Both the position numbers and the translations under genes were made by a program. Source: Botryllus schlosseri (lineage: Eukaryota). From it: 64,000 bases of DNA. The notes beneath the pieces were generated by a model. That model was given only the letters and a program-made list of their open reading frames with translations. It made no database searches and had not been told where the DNA came from. The stretch covers positions 14,322,001 through 14,386,000 of the forward strand of contig CM119376.1 in the NCBI GenBank assembly GCA_051294905.1, written 5' to 3'. Shown piece by piece: positions 38,901 through 48,665 of the stretch (position 1 is the stretch's first letter; every line of letters begins with the position of its first letter).

Positions 38901-41900
38901 CTTTGGCAACACCCGGTACCTAGATAAACCTCCAGGACTTAGCTAGAGGTTGGGCTCGCAAACCGTGGTGTTGCAGCTGTCTACTCTAAATCGCCAACCT
39001 GCGGTCGGATATACATATTGTCCTTTGTGGTATGTATCGAATGTAACCATTGTTTACATTCGATAGTATATACCTGTCAGTGAGGGGGAAATCGCCAAAT
39101 TCCCTAGTCCTACTCGGATCCTGTTTCTTTAAAATGGAATCCAGCTCCGATCCGGCTACAAGCCCATAATAAAATATTCCTGCCAATATCCATCCCAGAT
39201 CTGACTAAATCCTACATACCACTCCTAGTACTCCGATCGTATCAGAAAAGGTACGAATCCGGCTCCGATACGGAGCCGGACTGTTCAGCAAAAGTATGAA
39301 TCCGGATCCGATCCGAATCCAGTCAAAAATAAAAAAAAACAATCAGGCAAATATCCAGTTCATGGATGATGGATTATCCACGCCCCGCTCTAAGAAGTTG
39401 TATGAATTCGAGACAGCAACGCGAGATACAATTACCTCTTACCATGAACACTGCAATATCATTGCCTAGAGAGTAATCATTCCTTCTTTGGTAATGGGGG
39501 ACCGTCTTTACGAAATTTCACGAAATTGCCAGCAATTCGCAATTTCGTTTTTAGACTGTGGGTTTGAGTGATATCGCGTCTTGCATCTATTTAGCATGTC
39601 CCTTGGATCATGTGCAATGCACACTGTGCATATTGTATCAAATAGAAATAGAGATTACAATAGAGATTAACATCGATAAAAAGAACTGCGACATCGGACA
39701 CTAGGTCGAGCTCGATACCAGTTTAAGAAACCAAACTGGTCGTTCGGCATCCTTCTATCTATTCGTTACATCGCATTGTGTCTTATCGCATTGTACATTG
39801 TCTTGATCAGATGAAAATATAATCCGACGATTGTTGATATTGAAGTGGGACACTGTGGGTATAGGTGTGGTCACAATCAAAACGTGGGTGTAAAAGAAAT
39901 TGTGGTGATAAAGCGACGATATATAGATCTACCTAACTCTAACATTCGCATTTGGCCGTTAACGAATTGGTTGGTTACGCCCATCGTCATATTTCCAATA
40001 TCTCAGTCTGCCACTGGGTACGTGCCGCGCTGTGTGTGTGCGAAGTGAATTCCTTGTTATATTTCTCGACATAATCGGCATTGTTGATACGTTTTTGTCA
40101 ATTTAGCGGAGCCTGAAGTGTCTTCTCATTGCGGAGGCGTACTAAGCAGTTCGGAGGGGACCATAAATTTACCTTCTCTACAATCCATTCACAGTTCACG
40201 GTTCCACTGTGATTGGGTGATTGAATTTCCCTCTGGATCATGGATAGATTTATACGTGGGCAGAATTCAAACAACTTCGACAAAGGTATGTTTGAATATT
40301 ATACTTATGTGCGTGTGTTGCATAAATTTGATAATGGAATGTGTTTTCAATACTTCGAATCAGTCGATCTCCAAATCGATGCGATTACGTTTCATAGTGT
40401 ATTGACAAATCTATCGGGTTGATTTTAATTTTTATATTTTCATATTCCTATGTTTTACCAAGTATATTTTTTCCAAGTACATGAGTATAGTTTTTGTTAC
40501 TTAAGCAGTTCATATATAGATTATAGCCTCACGTGGTTAAATAGTATATAGATTCAAATTGCCGTATTCTCATGTTGAAGTTGGATAAGCAAAAAAATAA
40601 CAATTCGATGAACTTATAACATGAATACTATTAAAATCATCCTAGTCATCGCACAATATCAATGCTGTCTCATGATCGCGAGATGTGAATTCGCCATTGC
40701 AATTATATGCGCAACTGTTGTCAGTAGATCCAATTCGGGTAGACGTGTCATACACAGCACATACACCGTTTGATGTTGAAGAATAAATAATCTAGAATCC
40801 GTGTATAGTCTTGAACTTGATGATTTACGGCTGTGTGCCTGGGCACGTTTGAAACCTATGGGTTTTCACACTCACTTTCAGTAGTCGATATAGGCCTGCT
40901 TCGTAAATCGGTAATTTCAGTTGTTCACTCGAATAGAATCTTATGGTATTAAAAGTAGATGCTGCAGTATACCATTAGTGTACTATTAGATCGGGGCATG
41001 GACCATAGCTGAACTGGGTATTCGGCCAGATATTTTCATTTTTGGTCGAAGCAGGATCGAAGCCGGTTGCATATTTTTTCTGATACGGTCAGAATCGGTA
41101 TTGAGGCTAATTATGAACATGAATGTTGCATTGCAACCACAGGCCAGTAGCCGCCAATACAAACCCGTAAGATTTTATTGTCATCTACCTAATGTTGCAC
41201 TCTTCAAGAGCCTGAACCCCATAGCGTATGAATTAACAAACAGCATTGAGCTAATATATCGATACGATCAATGTCATATGAATATTATTTCCTTTATCGA
41301 TCTAATGTGATCCAGTTGAACTTATTGGTTGTTTCACCTTGACCATTAGAGCCTGCTGTATTCCACCATTTACGAATGAACGCGAATCAAATACCGCATT
41401 TCCGACTCGGACATGAGCATTGGGAAGATACCCAGTTTTCCAAATCCCGCTCCAGGCTTTTAATCTAAATCCTAAATTCAGTTTCATCTTAACCCTCCAA
41501 AACAGTTTGCGTCGTAAACATCACATTCTCCGCTGTGTTGTAGACGTAGTAGAGATAATAGTCATCGTGACAACCGTTACGTGCGACGTTCAGATGATTT
41601 GTATGCTTTATTTTCAGATAAAAGTTACTAGCGGAAACGAGGAAATATTTCGTCACCGCCGCGGACGCTACGGGCCGAAATACTTTTCGATCACCACAAA
41701 CATCTTGAATATTCGAATGACCGTTGACCCGACAGAAACAGGAGAGGAACACGTCACAATCACGTACAGGAAGTGTGAGTGGAAAATTTGATGTCGCTAA
41801 TCGCGATTTTTTCAACATTTGAATGAAAAATATCAGCGTTGCTGAGATTCGACGCGTAGATATTACTATTTATGCGAGTTTTCGTAGTTTAGTGTAGAAG

Positions 41901-43442
41901 ATCAGCATAGATACTATAGATCCATGAAAAATGACCCGATGACATCGACGAAGACTGCCTATTGTCGGATGTCCAACAATCAGATACGAGATAGGCATGA
42001 ATATAACGATATCGTAATTATGGAAAATGCACTGTAGGGGTGTATGAGTGCGTTGGTTTCGTTTTTTTTGTGTGCCACCCAAAGAAGGCACAGAAAGGTG
42101 GGAAACGTAAGCGGAGATATAACTCCACGAGAATTGGTGTAATTGACTCGTTCTCACCCATTCGAATTGGTGTGAAATGTAGTATTTGGTACGAGAAAGT
42201 GCCGCTAGCCTGATTTTCACCATGTGCAATGGTTGAAATATGGTAAATACACCTTCCCCACTCACGTACATATTCAGTTATTCACGTTCATACACAGTGC
42301 ATATTCTCTAAACGTGTTTATGTGTAATTGTGTATATTCGTCCGAATTGATGTTAATGTAAGTCTCCAATTCATGAATCAAAACAACACTACATATAAGT
42401 AGATTTCGATCATACATATACAATATTCTCATTACGTAGTAATTTACCATGAAGTACATCAAGTTCTTTCTTGGAGAATTAAGTTGTGACCATCAACATG
42501 TTTCAAAAGCGAATTCGCAGACACTACTTACTTTTGCGAGAACTGCCTCGTTATGTTCAAACTGTTCAGGAATTTTGATCAAGCCAATTCAGTTTCGAGA
42601 TGGTATATGATGTGTCAAGGCATGTGCTATTGTAACGGATGAAATGAAGTCGACATAAATGTTATCACTTATACCGTTTTCGAATAACTAGCAGTTTAAT
42701 CGAAACTACTTGTGATGGACCATAACCACTCAATGTATCCAGTTGACTGACATGTTAATTATATGCCGGCGGGATGCCCTTGACATATCTCTTCAAATAG
42801 TTTAAATTGCATTATGCAAGATTGTGAGTGTCTAATTAGATATGGAGTAGCATGCGTCAAAATCTACGGTCTGACCGCGAGTTTTCTAGGTGATACAATC
42901 ACATAAAACATCACCTTGTGAATTTCCATTGTTCATCGAATTTTTCCACTGAACAACAGTTCTTTGAATACCGTTTCGAAACCGTATTGACTTCACACCC
43001 GCAAATATCGCTGTCGTTTTCAGTTGTCAACACGAGTATCGCAGACCCGATAAGCGATCAATTTGCCGAATTACCAGCGACACCCACCTGCGGTTACGTG
43101 ATTTCCTCGGGCCTCGGACAAGGAACAATCTCAAGCCCTAATTATCCAGCCGCCTACCAGCCGAACACGTTCTGCGAATGGGAATTCGCGGTCGACACCA
43201 ACGCGACCTTACTGAGCCTTCATTTTGCCGAAGTAGACATCGAAACGAACGAGCACGAAAACTGCGTCGCCGATCGTGTCACCGTTGCCCAGAGTTCGTC
43301 ATCGCAAACGGTTTGCGGGATACAAAACGACTTGGTAATTGATGTGAGTCCAGACTCCGCTCACGTGATAGTTACTTTCAAGAGCAACAATGCCATCGAA
43401 GGAACCGGATTCGAGATGCAGTACGAATACATCGAACGATAG
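15332..43442 (+). CDS. ITIH: ITIH-like gene 1, 15 exons, about 1015 aa: SP-RQKR-VIT-vWA-ITIH core-linker-CUB-like-CUB
   Basis: Exons 15332-15451, 16060-16238, 25097-25178, 25712-25879, 25951-26135, 26204-26482, 26549-26670, 30992-31247, 32871-33055, 34138-34334, 34528-34645, 38058-38459, 40107-40285, 41618-41774, 43024-43442. All GT-AG and phase-compatible, total 3048 nt. ITIH motifs: [82 protein letters not shown]. Confidence 0.9.
15720..15888 (-). mobile_element. tRNA-derived SINE in ITIH-1 intron 1
   Basis: Minus strand tggctgggtag...GGTTCGAGTCC (A/B-box-like); the cloverleaf is not intact. 3' boundary approximate. Confidence 0.55.
16060..16238 (+). CDS. ITIH-1 exon 2 (RQKR, VIT start)
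   Basis: tttcag acceptor, gtgagt donor; SRQKRSIESSMTEMHVKSVVKSRFAKV...AAFISKFT. Confidence 0.92.
16816..18556. mobile_element. hAT-type element with nested MITE 17040-17916
   Basis: TIR CAATGGTT(A/C)TCAACC, TSD GATTAGAT; inner TIR CAG(G/T)GGCGGGCAAC with TSD gtccactg/gtctactg. Confidence 0.85.
18798..20960 (+). mobile_element. 5'-truncated CR1/L2-group LINE (ORF2 RT part) with (CT)19 tail
   Basis: One frame from 18798 to 20663 with a single TGA at 19269-71; NYRPIS, FLDLKKAFD, GVPQGSVLGPLLF, LFADD, YLGIIID motifs; 3' UTR stem-loop 20804-20844; AATAAA 20913-18; CT repeat 20923-20960. Confidence 0.92.
20978..22989. mobile_element. hAT-type element with GATTAC arrays
   Basis: TIR CAGACATGG(G/A)GT; TSD CTTATAAT (20970-77, 22990-97). 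Confidence 0.9.
23232..23861. mobile_element. TAGGG-TIR hAT-type MITE; partial relative at about 2780-3140
   Basis: tagggttgttca / tgaacagcccta; TSD gtgtacat/atgtacat; long internal inverted arms. Confidence 0.8.
23935..24985 (-). mobile_element. hAT (Charlie/GTF2IRD2-like) deletion derivative with transposase C-terminal remnant at 24131-24340
   Basis: TIR CAGGGGTCACCAACC; TSD TTCTAGTA; SVYGPTYRCESAFSDMNFIKSKHKTRS dimerisation motif. Confidence 0.9.
25097..25178 (+). CDS. ITIH-1 exon 3 (VIT)
   Basis: NVDGTLFVGKVKEKAVAKQEYEGAVKA; phase 2 in, phase 0 out; gtgagt donor. Confidence 0.92.
25712..25879 (+). CDS. ITIH-1 exon 4 (VIT end)
   Basis: ttgcag acceptor; GNSAGLV...[26 protein letters not shown]; gtaagt donor. 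Confidence 0.95.
25951..26135 (+). CDS. ITIH-1 exon 5
   Basis: IVDDLSLNVYITEEIGI...HQASV; flanked by 71- and 68-nt introns; same length as the paralogue exon. Confidence 0.9.
26204..26482 (+). CDS. ITIH-1 exon 6 (vWA start, MIDAS DxSxS)
   Basis: FKPNQAQQ...[34 protein letters not shown]; gtaag donor. Confidence 0.95.
26549..26670 (+). CDS. ITIH-1 exon 7 (vWA)
   Basis: FNIVTFSNDAHVWK...KRISASG; gtgagt donor; follows a 66-nt intron. Confidence 0.92.
26922..28977. mobile_element. hAT-type element with GTAATT arrays
   Basis: TIR CAGAGTTGGATCAATT; TSD ATGCACAG (26914-21, 28978-85); internal diverged inverted repeat at about 27285-27420/27690-27820. Confidence 0.9.
28208..28634. mobile_element. 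Nested hAT MITE with AATCC arrays
   Basis: TIR CAGAGATGAGC; TSD CTATGTAC (28200-07, 28635-42). Confidence 0.9.
29055..29477 (-). mobile_element. 3' end of a second CR1/L2-group LINE running into the assembly gap
   Basis: FDDFF...HSHYTRSS...SIDYSGPIIWNALPPHIR resembles the C-terminus of the LINE at 19311-20663 (HQHHTRFS...SISFIGVNVWNKLPPNLR). The 3' boundary is approximate. Confidence 0.75.
29478..29618. other. Assembly gap (141 N)
   Basis: Run of N. Confidence 1.
30061..30400 (+). mobile_element. tRNA-derived SINE with (TTATGCG)n expansion in its head
   Basis: B box GGTTCGATCCC; body shared with the copy at 48441-48665. Confidence 0.8.
30992..31247 (+). CDS. ITIH-1 exon 8 (vWA, MIDAS T and D)
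   Basis: [11 protein letters not shown]...LTDGDPTVG...LFCIGFGNDLNHDFLKKLSNDNDGVA; cctag acceptor, gtagg donor. Confidence 0.95.
32871..33055 (+). CDS. ITIH-1 exon 9
   Basis: [24 protein letters not shown]...FKGSEVVVVG; gtgagt donor. Confidence 0.95.
33387..34013. mobile_element. hAT MITE with AATCCG arrays
   Basis: TIR CAGTGATGAG; degenerate TSD tatcatat/gctcatat. Confidence 0.75.
34138..34334 (+). CDS. ITIH-1 exon 10
   Basis: TLVEAQITG...NFIERLWAYSTINELL; gtacgc donor. The acceptor was chosen by phase. Confidence 0.88.
34528..34645 (+). CDS. ITIH-1 exon 11
   Basis: [34 protein letters not shown]; tatgcag acceptor, gtaatt donor. No ORF for it is listed in the provided track. Confidence 0.92.
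36243..37168 (+). mobile_element. Third copy of the AAGTC/GAGTC MITE, right end clipped
   Basis: Collinear with 8510-9489; lacks the terminal gactcgagtcatcccaacactg. Confidence 0.85.
38058..38459 (+). CDS. ITIH-1 exon 12 (Ser/Pro/Arg-rich linker, phase 1-1)
   Basis: Strong acceptor tttctcttatttaccag and donor CCAG|gtaaat; 402 nt open in the required frame; contains ARRRRIG and ends DEDVYLPPPP. Confidence 0.75.
40107..40285 (+). CDS. ITIH-1 exon 13 (CUB-like 1, N half)
   Basis: HCGGVLSSSEGTINLP...HCDWVIEFPSG (CUB N-terminal motif); gtatgt donor; phase-compatible. Confidence 0.8.
41618..41774 (+). CDS. ITIH-1 exon 14 (CUB-like 1, C half)
   Basis: ttttcag acceptor; IKVTSGNEE...SITTNILNIRMTVDP...VTITYRK; gtgagt donor. 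Confidence 0.72.
43024..43442 (+). CDS. ITIH-1 exon 15 (complete CUB domain, stop codon)
   Basis: CGYVI...GTISSPNYPAAYQPNTFCEWEF...DIE...CVADRV...VCG...FKSNNAIEGTGFEMQY; TAG at 43440-43442. An alternative in-phase acceptor exists at 43045. Confidence 0.88.
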
Positions 43443-43776
43443 ACTCTCACTCTCACATGTGTTCCGTGTTTTAAAACTCTTGCTATTTCTTCAATACTGC
43501 ATGGACTGCAAGACGATATGGCCCATTGTCGATAGAGAACTTCTCATTTTCAGTTATTGTTACCACTAAATGGACGCAAAATGATGCCAAATTCAGGAGT
43601 TGCTCTGATTGATGATGTGAGTTGGTGACAAACTAATCCACGTCGAATTTCACAAGTGATATTTACATTTTGCCGACTGCTGTTGCGATAGATTGGCGAA
43701 ATGATGTAGACATACTGATCCGCTATTAGAATACTCAACGAGTCTGTGTAATTTGTGCTGTATAGAATAGAATAGG

Positions 43777-44212
43777 TAGGGTTGCATTTGAAACAAAAAT
43801 CAATTTAAAACAAACATGGCTCTAATTTAAAACATGTTTTTTAGTTTGTTTTTGCCTTTTAAGCCATGACGTCACGAATATTCAATTGTGACGTCATAGT
43901 GGATTGACATTGACAATTGAAAATATAGGGTAAATATAGCTCCTTTGACGAAATATATGTACTGTTAATGTTGAACCGACTATTTTTAGGGTTCCAACCA
44001 TCCCATATCGATATACGTCGGCTATATCGGGTGCTAATTGTCAGTAGGCTCATACAACATGTTTTTTGGAAAGTATTTACACAATTATGGCCTAATTTTA
44101 CAACTAAAAAAACAGAATTTTTTTTATCAAAAAGGCCTTTGTTTAAAACAATGTTTAAAACATGTTTTAAAGCAAGTGTTTTAAAACACGGTTTGTTTTA
44201 AAGGCAGCCCTA
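43777..44212. mobile_element. hAT MITE with TTTAAAAC repeats
   Basis: TIR TAGGG(T/C)TGC; TSD AGAATAGG. Confidence 0.85.
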
Positions 44213-45171
44213 AGAATAGGTAAGGCGTGGTCTATAAGTTCGCGGCCCTGACCAGGACATTTTTGTGACCGCGACTTGACTAAAAATTTCCGAAAAGTAC
44301 ATGTCACGATGTAGTTTTAAATGCCGGAAACAATTTTTCATCAACATGTTATTCTGTGACAGCACGATGTTATCGTCAAATACATTTTATAGCGAAAGAA
44401 GGCGCTATAAGAATGACTGAGACGCCGGGTGACCTTCTCATATCGATGCTCGGGATTTTAAATATACGGCAGCCGTTATGCTGTTTTAATATAATGCCTA
44501 GAAAATACAGTGTTTAGAAGTGGACAGGATGTGTCGAGAATATGATCAGCTTGGTTCCAAGTACAATGACCAAATCTCGTCTCATCTGTTTTGCAACTAT
44601 TGACAGCAGAAAGGAATGCAAAAGTTTGTCACCATTACCAGCAATGCTCAAAAGTCGTATGCATTTAGATTTGACTCCTACTCAAAGTTGCGAACTCGAC
44701 TCACCACCATGTCGGTTTTACAGAAGCGACCACTGCCCTTTCTATCTTGGTTTGAGTCTCGGCTCTACCAAGTTTTTATGTGTCGGAGGTTTATCTGGGC
44801 TCCTCATCGCCTACCTCAGTGCGATTGCAGTGACTTAAAAAGCCCAGAAAGTACAGTGAGCCGATATTGAAAGTCAGCAGCAATAATCCAATGAAGGAAG
44901 GCGCATGGGAGAGAGAAGAGTCGCCATGAAACAAAATGCATTGAACCGTCGAAAATGCAATTGTGCTGTTGAAATTGCCGTTCTCGTGGTGCACAAAGCC
45001 TCATAAGGCTATAAGCACCACTGCCGTACCTTATCAATACGTCTCTAACTACTAATACAACTACTAATGCAACTGAAAACTACGACTCCTACTCTGCCCC
45101 TCTACTTGATGTTGTTGGTTGGATAATCACGGAGTTTCGACTACATTGGTCATTTTACCGACATGTAACCC

Positions 45172-45295
45172 TAGCGTAGCAAGGAGCACCCCAGATAAAC
45201 CTCCAACACTTACGGACGACCTTGGCGGTATTCGAACTCCCACCCATTGGTGTTGCAACTGTGTAAAGTACCAGGACGCTATCTCACCACTGCCT
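45172..45295 (-). mobile_element. tRNA-derived SINE; relatives at about 31790-31850 (+) and 38905-38985 (-)
   Basis: gagttcgaatacc B-box-like motif followed by shared ccgtaagtg(t/c)tggaggtttatc. Confidence 0.55.
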
Positions 45296-46989
45296 CCCAA
45301 AACCTTCTAATCGAATTTCACGGCTACGAGTCCTACACTCGACTCCAAATAGTCGAAAAATGATCCCTCCAAAAATGTTCCGACTCCGATTTGTGCGTGA
45401 CTGGTCAATGACGAAAATGCTTTAACTGAGCATGAACATTACCAAGAAAGACACGACCGAAGGGGGCCCAAATTTATTTCGTGAACAAACATAAATTATA
45501 GAGTATTTTTTGAAAACGTATGTAGCTTCTTTCGATTTAGTAATCAGTGGTTCATGGAATTGGGCACTTCGGCGTCAGCGATTACCGCGCCACGACACAC
45601 CAAGCCATATGAAGTTTAGATTTAAACGAAACTCCGAGAAGGCACTGCAACTGCAATTGCCGATCAATTACCTAAGGAAAGGGGAAAAAGTTCGACAGCG
45701 AGAAAATCCTGACCGAAAAGGACAGTCCGGGGCCTATGAATATCGTAGGCCCTGGACTGCCCTTATGTTGACCGAAAACCACGATATCTATATATGTGTA
45801 ATTGTCCATAGGCAATATTTGGCGATGAACAAATACCAATTTGGAATCGTGTGCGTCTTTTAGTTTAATATACTTAGGCGATTTCAATATCTTTTCGCAG
45901 AGGAGGTCACGAAATAACAACATGTAGCGAAGTAATTATATGCACGGGCCCTCCCGAATATGCTGAAAAATTAATTAAATGCCGACACAATACCTCACCC
46001 AGTTCAAGAGGTAAGACTGACTATACGTGGGCTGAGAGAGGTTATAAAATATAGCAATATGTATATGCAATTACCAATTTTATTGATTTTTGAAGTTTGG
46101 TTTATAGCCCTATGGGGGGCCCCAAGACCACGGTTTTTTTATTGGGGGCTGACAAAGTGCTGTTTCGGTCCTTCTTGAAATACAATCATTAGGGATTTTG
46201 CGACATTGGATCAAATGTCCGATTCCTCCGCCAATGTGTGGGTAATACTCATTAGCTTCATTAGCCAACATCTGCGTGTCCATTATTTTATCAGTAATAA
46301 CCAGATTTCAGTGATAACTAGATTTAATAAAGCTACAATTCGTGTGCTGGAGACCGGCAAGGCGTAATGTCGGTCTGAAACAAGCCTCGTATTTTTGAAT
46401 TACAATGATGCTTATCTTAATAGATATTGCGTGATGATTATCCGAGCATAACTCATGAAATGACTTCAAAGTTCACAAAATAAATATAAATATTTATGGA
46501 TGTATGTATGCTACATTCACAGAGTCTACGATTTCAGAAGTCCTCTCGGTGTCTTCCATATCTTCTCTTACCATTGCTACTCCATAAGTCCCATTGCATT
46601 TCGTACGACATATTTTGTTATCCTGGTTAGTTGTTGGTTTATGACGTTAGTTACTTTAGCTGTTAGTTTATGACGTTATTTTCTTTGAATAACTATTTAC
46701 TCTGATACCGGTTGACTCGAAGATCATTATGATCATATCATCGGTACCAGTCAATACCGATACCGAAACACTGTTTGTTTGTTGCATATTTATACTTTCA
46801 TTTTGCCGTAATCGGTTGACGAAATATATCCCTCTCTCTCTGGTGGTTTACGAAGTGGGTTTTACGATAAGCGAAATGTAAGCTGTAACGCTGTAACGCG
46901 ACAACGGTCGAATATCATTCGTTTTTATGATATTCCTATTGGGATAATTATCATTAATATTATTTGTCTTCATATGCGAGTTCCACGAC

Positions 46990-47281
46990 TTTTTTGCCTT
47001 CAAATAGATGTCGACCGGGGTGGGTGATTCTGAGACGCCGTTTGCGATATGAACATTGAGTATATAGACCTGTCAGTGAAGGATTTTCTAAGGTATGCAA
47101 TCGATTTGACGAATCGAAAGCTGGATTATTGCCATGCTCTGGCAAAACTGCCAAAGTATATAATATTGGAAAAAAATCGTACCATACCTGGAAATCTCCA
47201 TACCACATCATATACTTGCACATTACCATATTTCATACCGAAATTTCGTTCCATACCATAACATACCTCCATACCATACAC
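46990..47281 (+). repeat. Dispersed repeat ending in a (CCATA)n-rich tail; second copy at about 37180-37430
   Basis: Shared ggtatgcaatc...aaaactg core followed by CCATA repeats in both copies. Confidence 0.55.
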
Positions 47282-48255
47282 CAGGGGTGGGCACACTTTT
47301 TAGCTCGCAGACCGTATTCAACATTTGAATCCATTCAACATATAGTAACCGATTACATGGAAATAATATATATGTATTTGTATATTTAAAACAAACTAAA
47401 CATTGATTTGATGATAACGTACACGCGCCAGAAACATTGACGAGAATTTAAGCTTGTCGTCCTCATTGTCAAAAATTGGGATGAAAGTCTGTGGTCCCGA
47501 TTCTTAGAACTGGATGTAAATTTGAGTCTGCAAGCAGCGATCTCTTCATAGATTTGCTCATTGTACTTTTGGTACAACTGCAAGACACACAATGTATGTA
47601 AACTATGTATGTATGTATATGGGTGCTATGATACTTAGGAACGATGGCCTTTTGCATCAAGCCTAAATGTTGTTAGTCTATTCTCTCGGTTGATCTACCA
47701 GATTAAAGCTGTCTCTCGGTTAGGAACACATATTCAATTGCTGGTAAAATGGTGTAGGGGTTGCCGCGTAGTGCTACAATATCAATGGGCACGTGGTTCC
47801 GTTCTTCTATGTCCAATAAATAATTTCGCTGCAAGTTATAGCGTGTGCATTGAAGCAAAAAAATGCAGGACGAACAATGCTGACAGCATCATGACCGTGT
47901 TACCTTTAAATACGCTTCTACAATACATAAATATTATTATTACAAATACTTCTACAGCTCATACAATGCCAAACCAAAATAACACTCGTGGTCCCAAATA
48001 CGTCATTTACGTTTCACTTTCTGTGATGTTTAATAATTAAAACATTTCAAAATGCCTCGAGGTTCGCGCCATCGATGAAATAAATAGTACTATGGCAAGA
48101 ATAACTTCATGTTGAAATAGATTAAGAAAATGTTTCATCAAGTACCCACAGTAATTTGATTTTAGTACGCATTTTATCAACATTTTTACAACGTTTTTTG
48201 AGGTTTTTGCGGGCCGCACAAAACGTTTTTGCGAGCCGTGGTTTGCCCATCCCTG
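47282..48255. mobile_element. hAT MITE inserted in a CCATA-rich repeat tail
   Basis: TIR CAGGG(G/A)TGGGCA; TSD ccatacac/ccatatac. Confidence 0.75.
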
Positions 48256-48440
48256 CCATATACCATGTCCTGGCTGTCAGGTATTATTTCCCCACGCCGA
48301 TGGCGCGCTAATATGTTACGAGCATAATTCATTTGCCGGAATATTAGAGCAGGAAGATCAGCAATAAAAGAAGCTAACTGAATCATCTCAAAATATATCA
48401 CGATATAACAGATAGATGTCGCTTTGGATGTATTATATAC

Positions 48441-48665
48441 CGAGGGAGATAGTGTAATGGTGATGCGTCCGGCTTCTTGATCGAGGTCGTGGATTCGATC
48501 CCCGGCCGGGTCAGACCAAATCCCCAAAATCTGGTATCCTCAGCTATCCTGATAGGCGCTCAGCATCCACGGACAGCATGGAGGAGAAAAACGGGGGTGC
48601 AGACTAGACGACCTTATACAAAAGGTCGTATCGCATCTCCGTCGTGAAAGCATCTCGATGGTCCC
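48441..48665 (+). mobile_element. tRNA-derived SINE, same family as 30061
   Basis: A-box-like TAGTGTAATGG, B-box-like GATTCGATCCC, shared body ggtatcc.cagctatcctg.taggcgctcagca. Confidence 0.8.

Noticed and set aside
44542-45037. Cluster of short overlapping ORFs downstream of ITIH-1
   Set aside because: No motif or splice structure recognised in any frame; possibly decayed transposon sequence.
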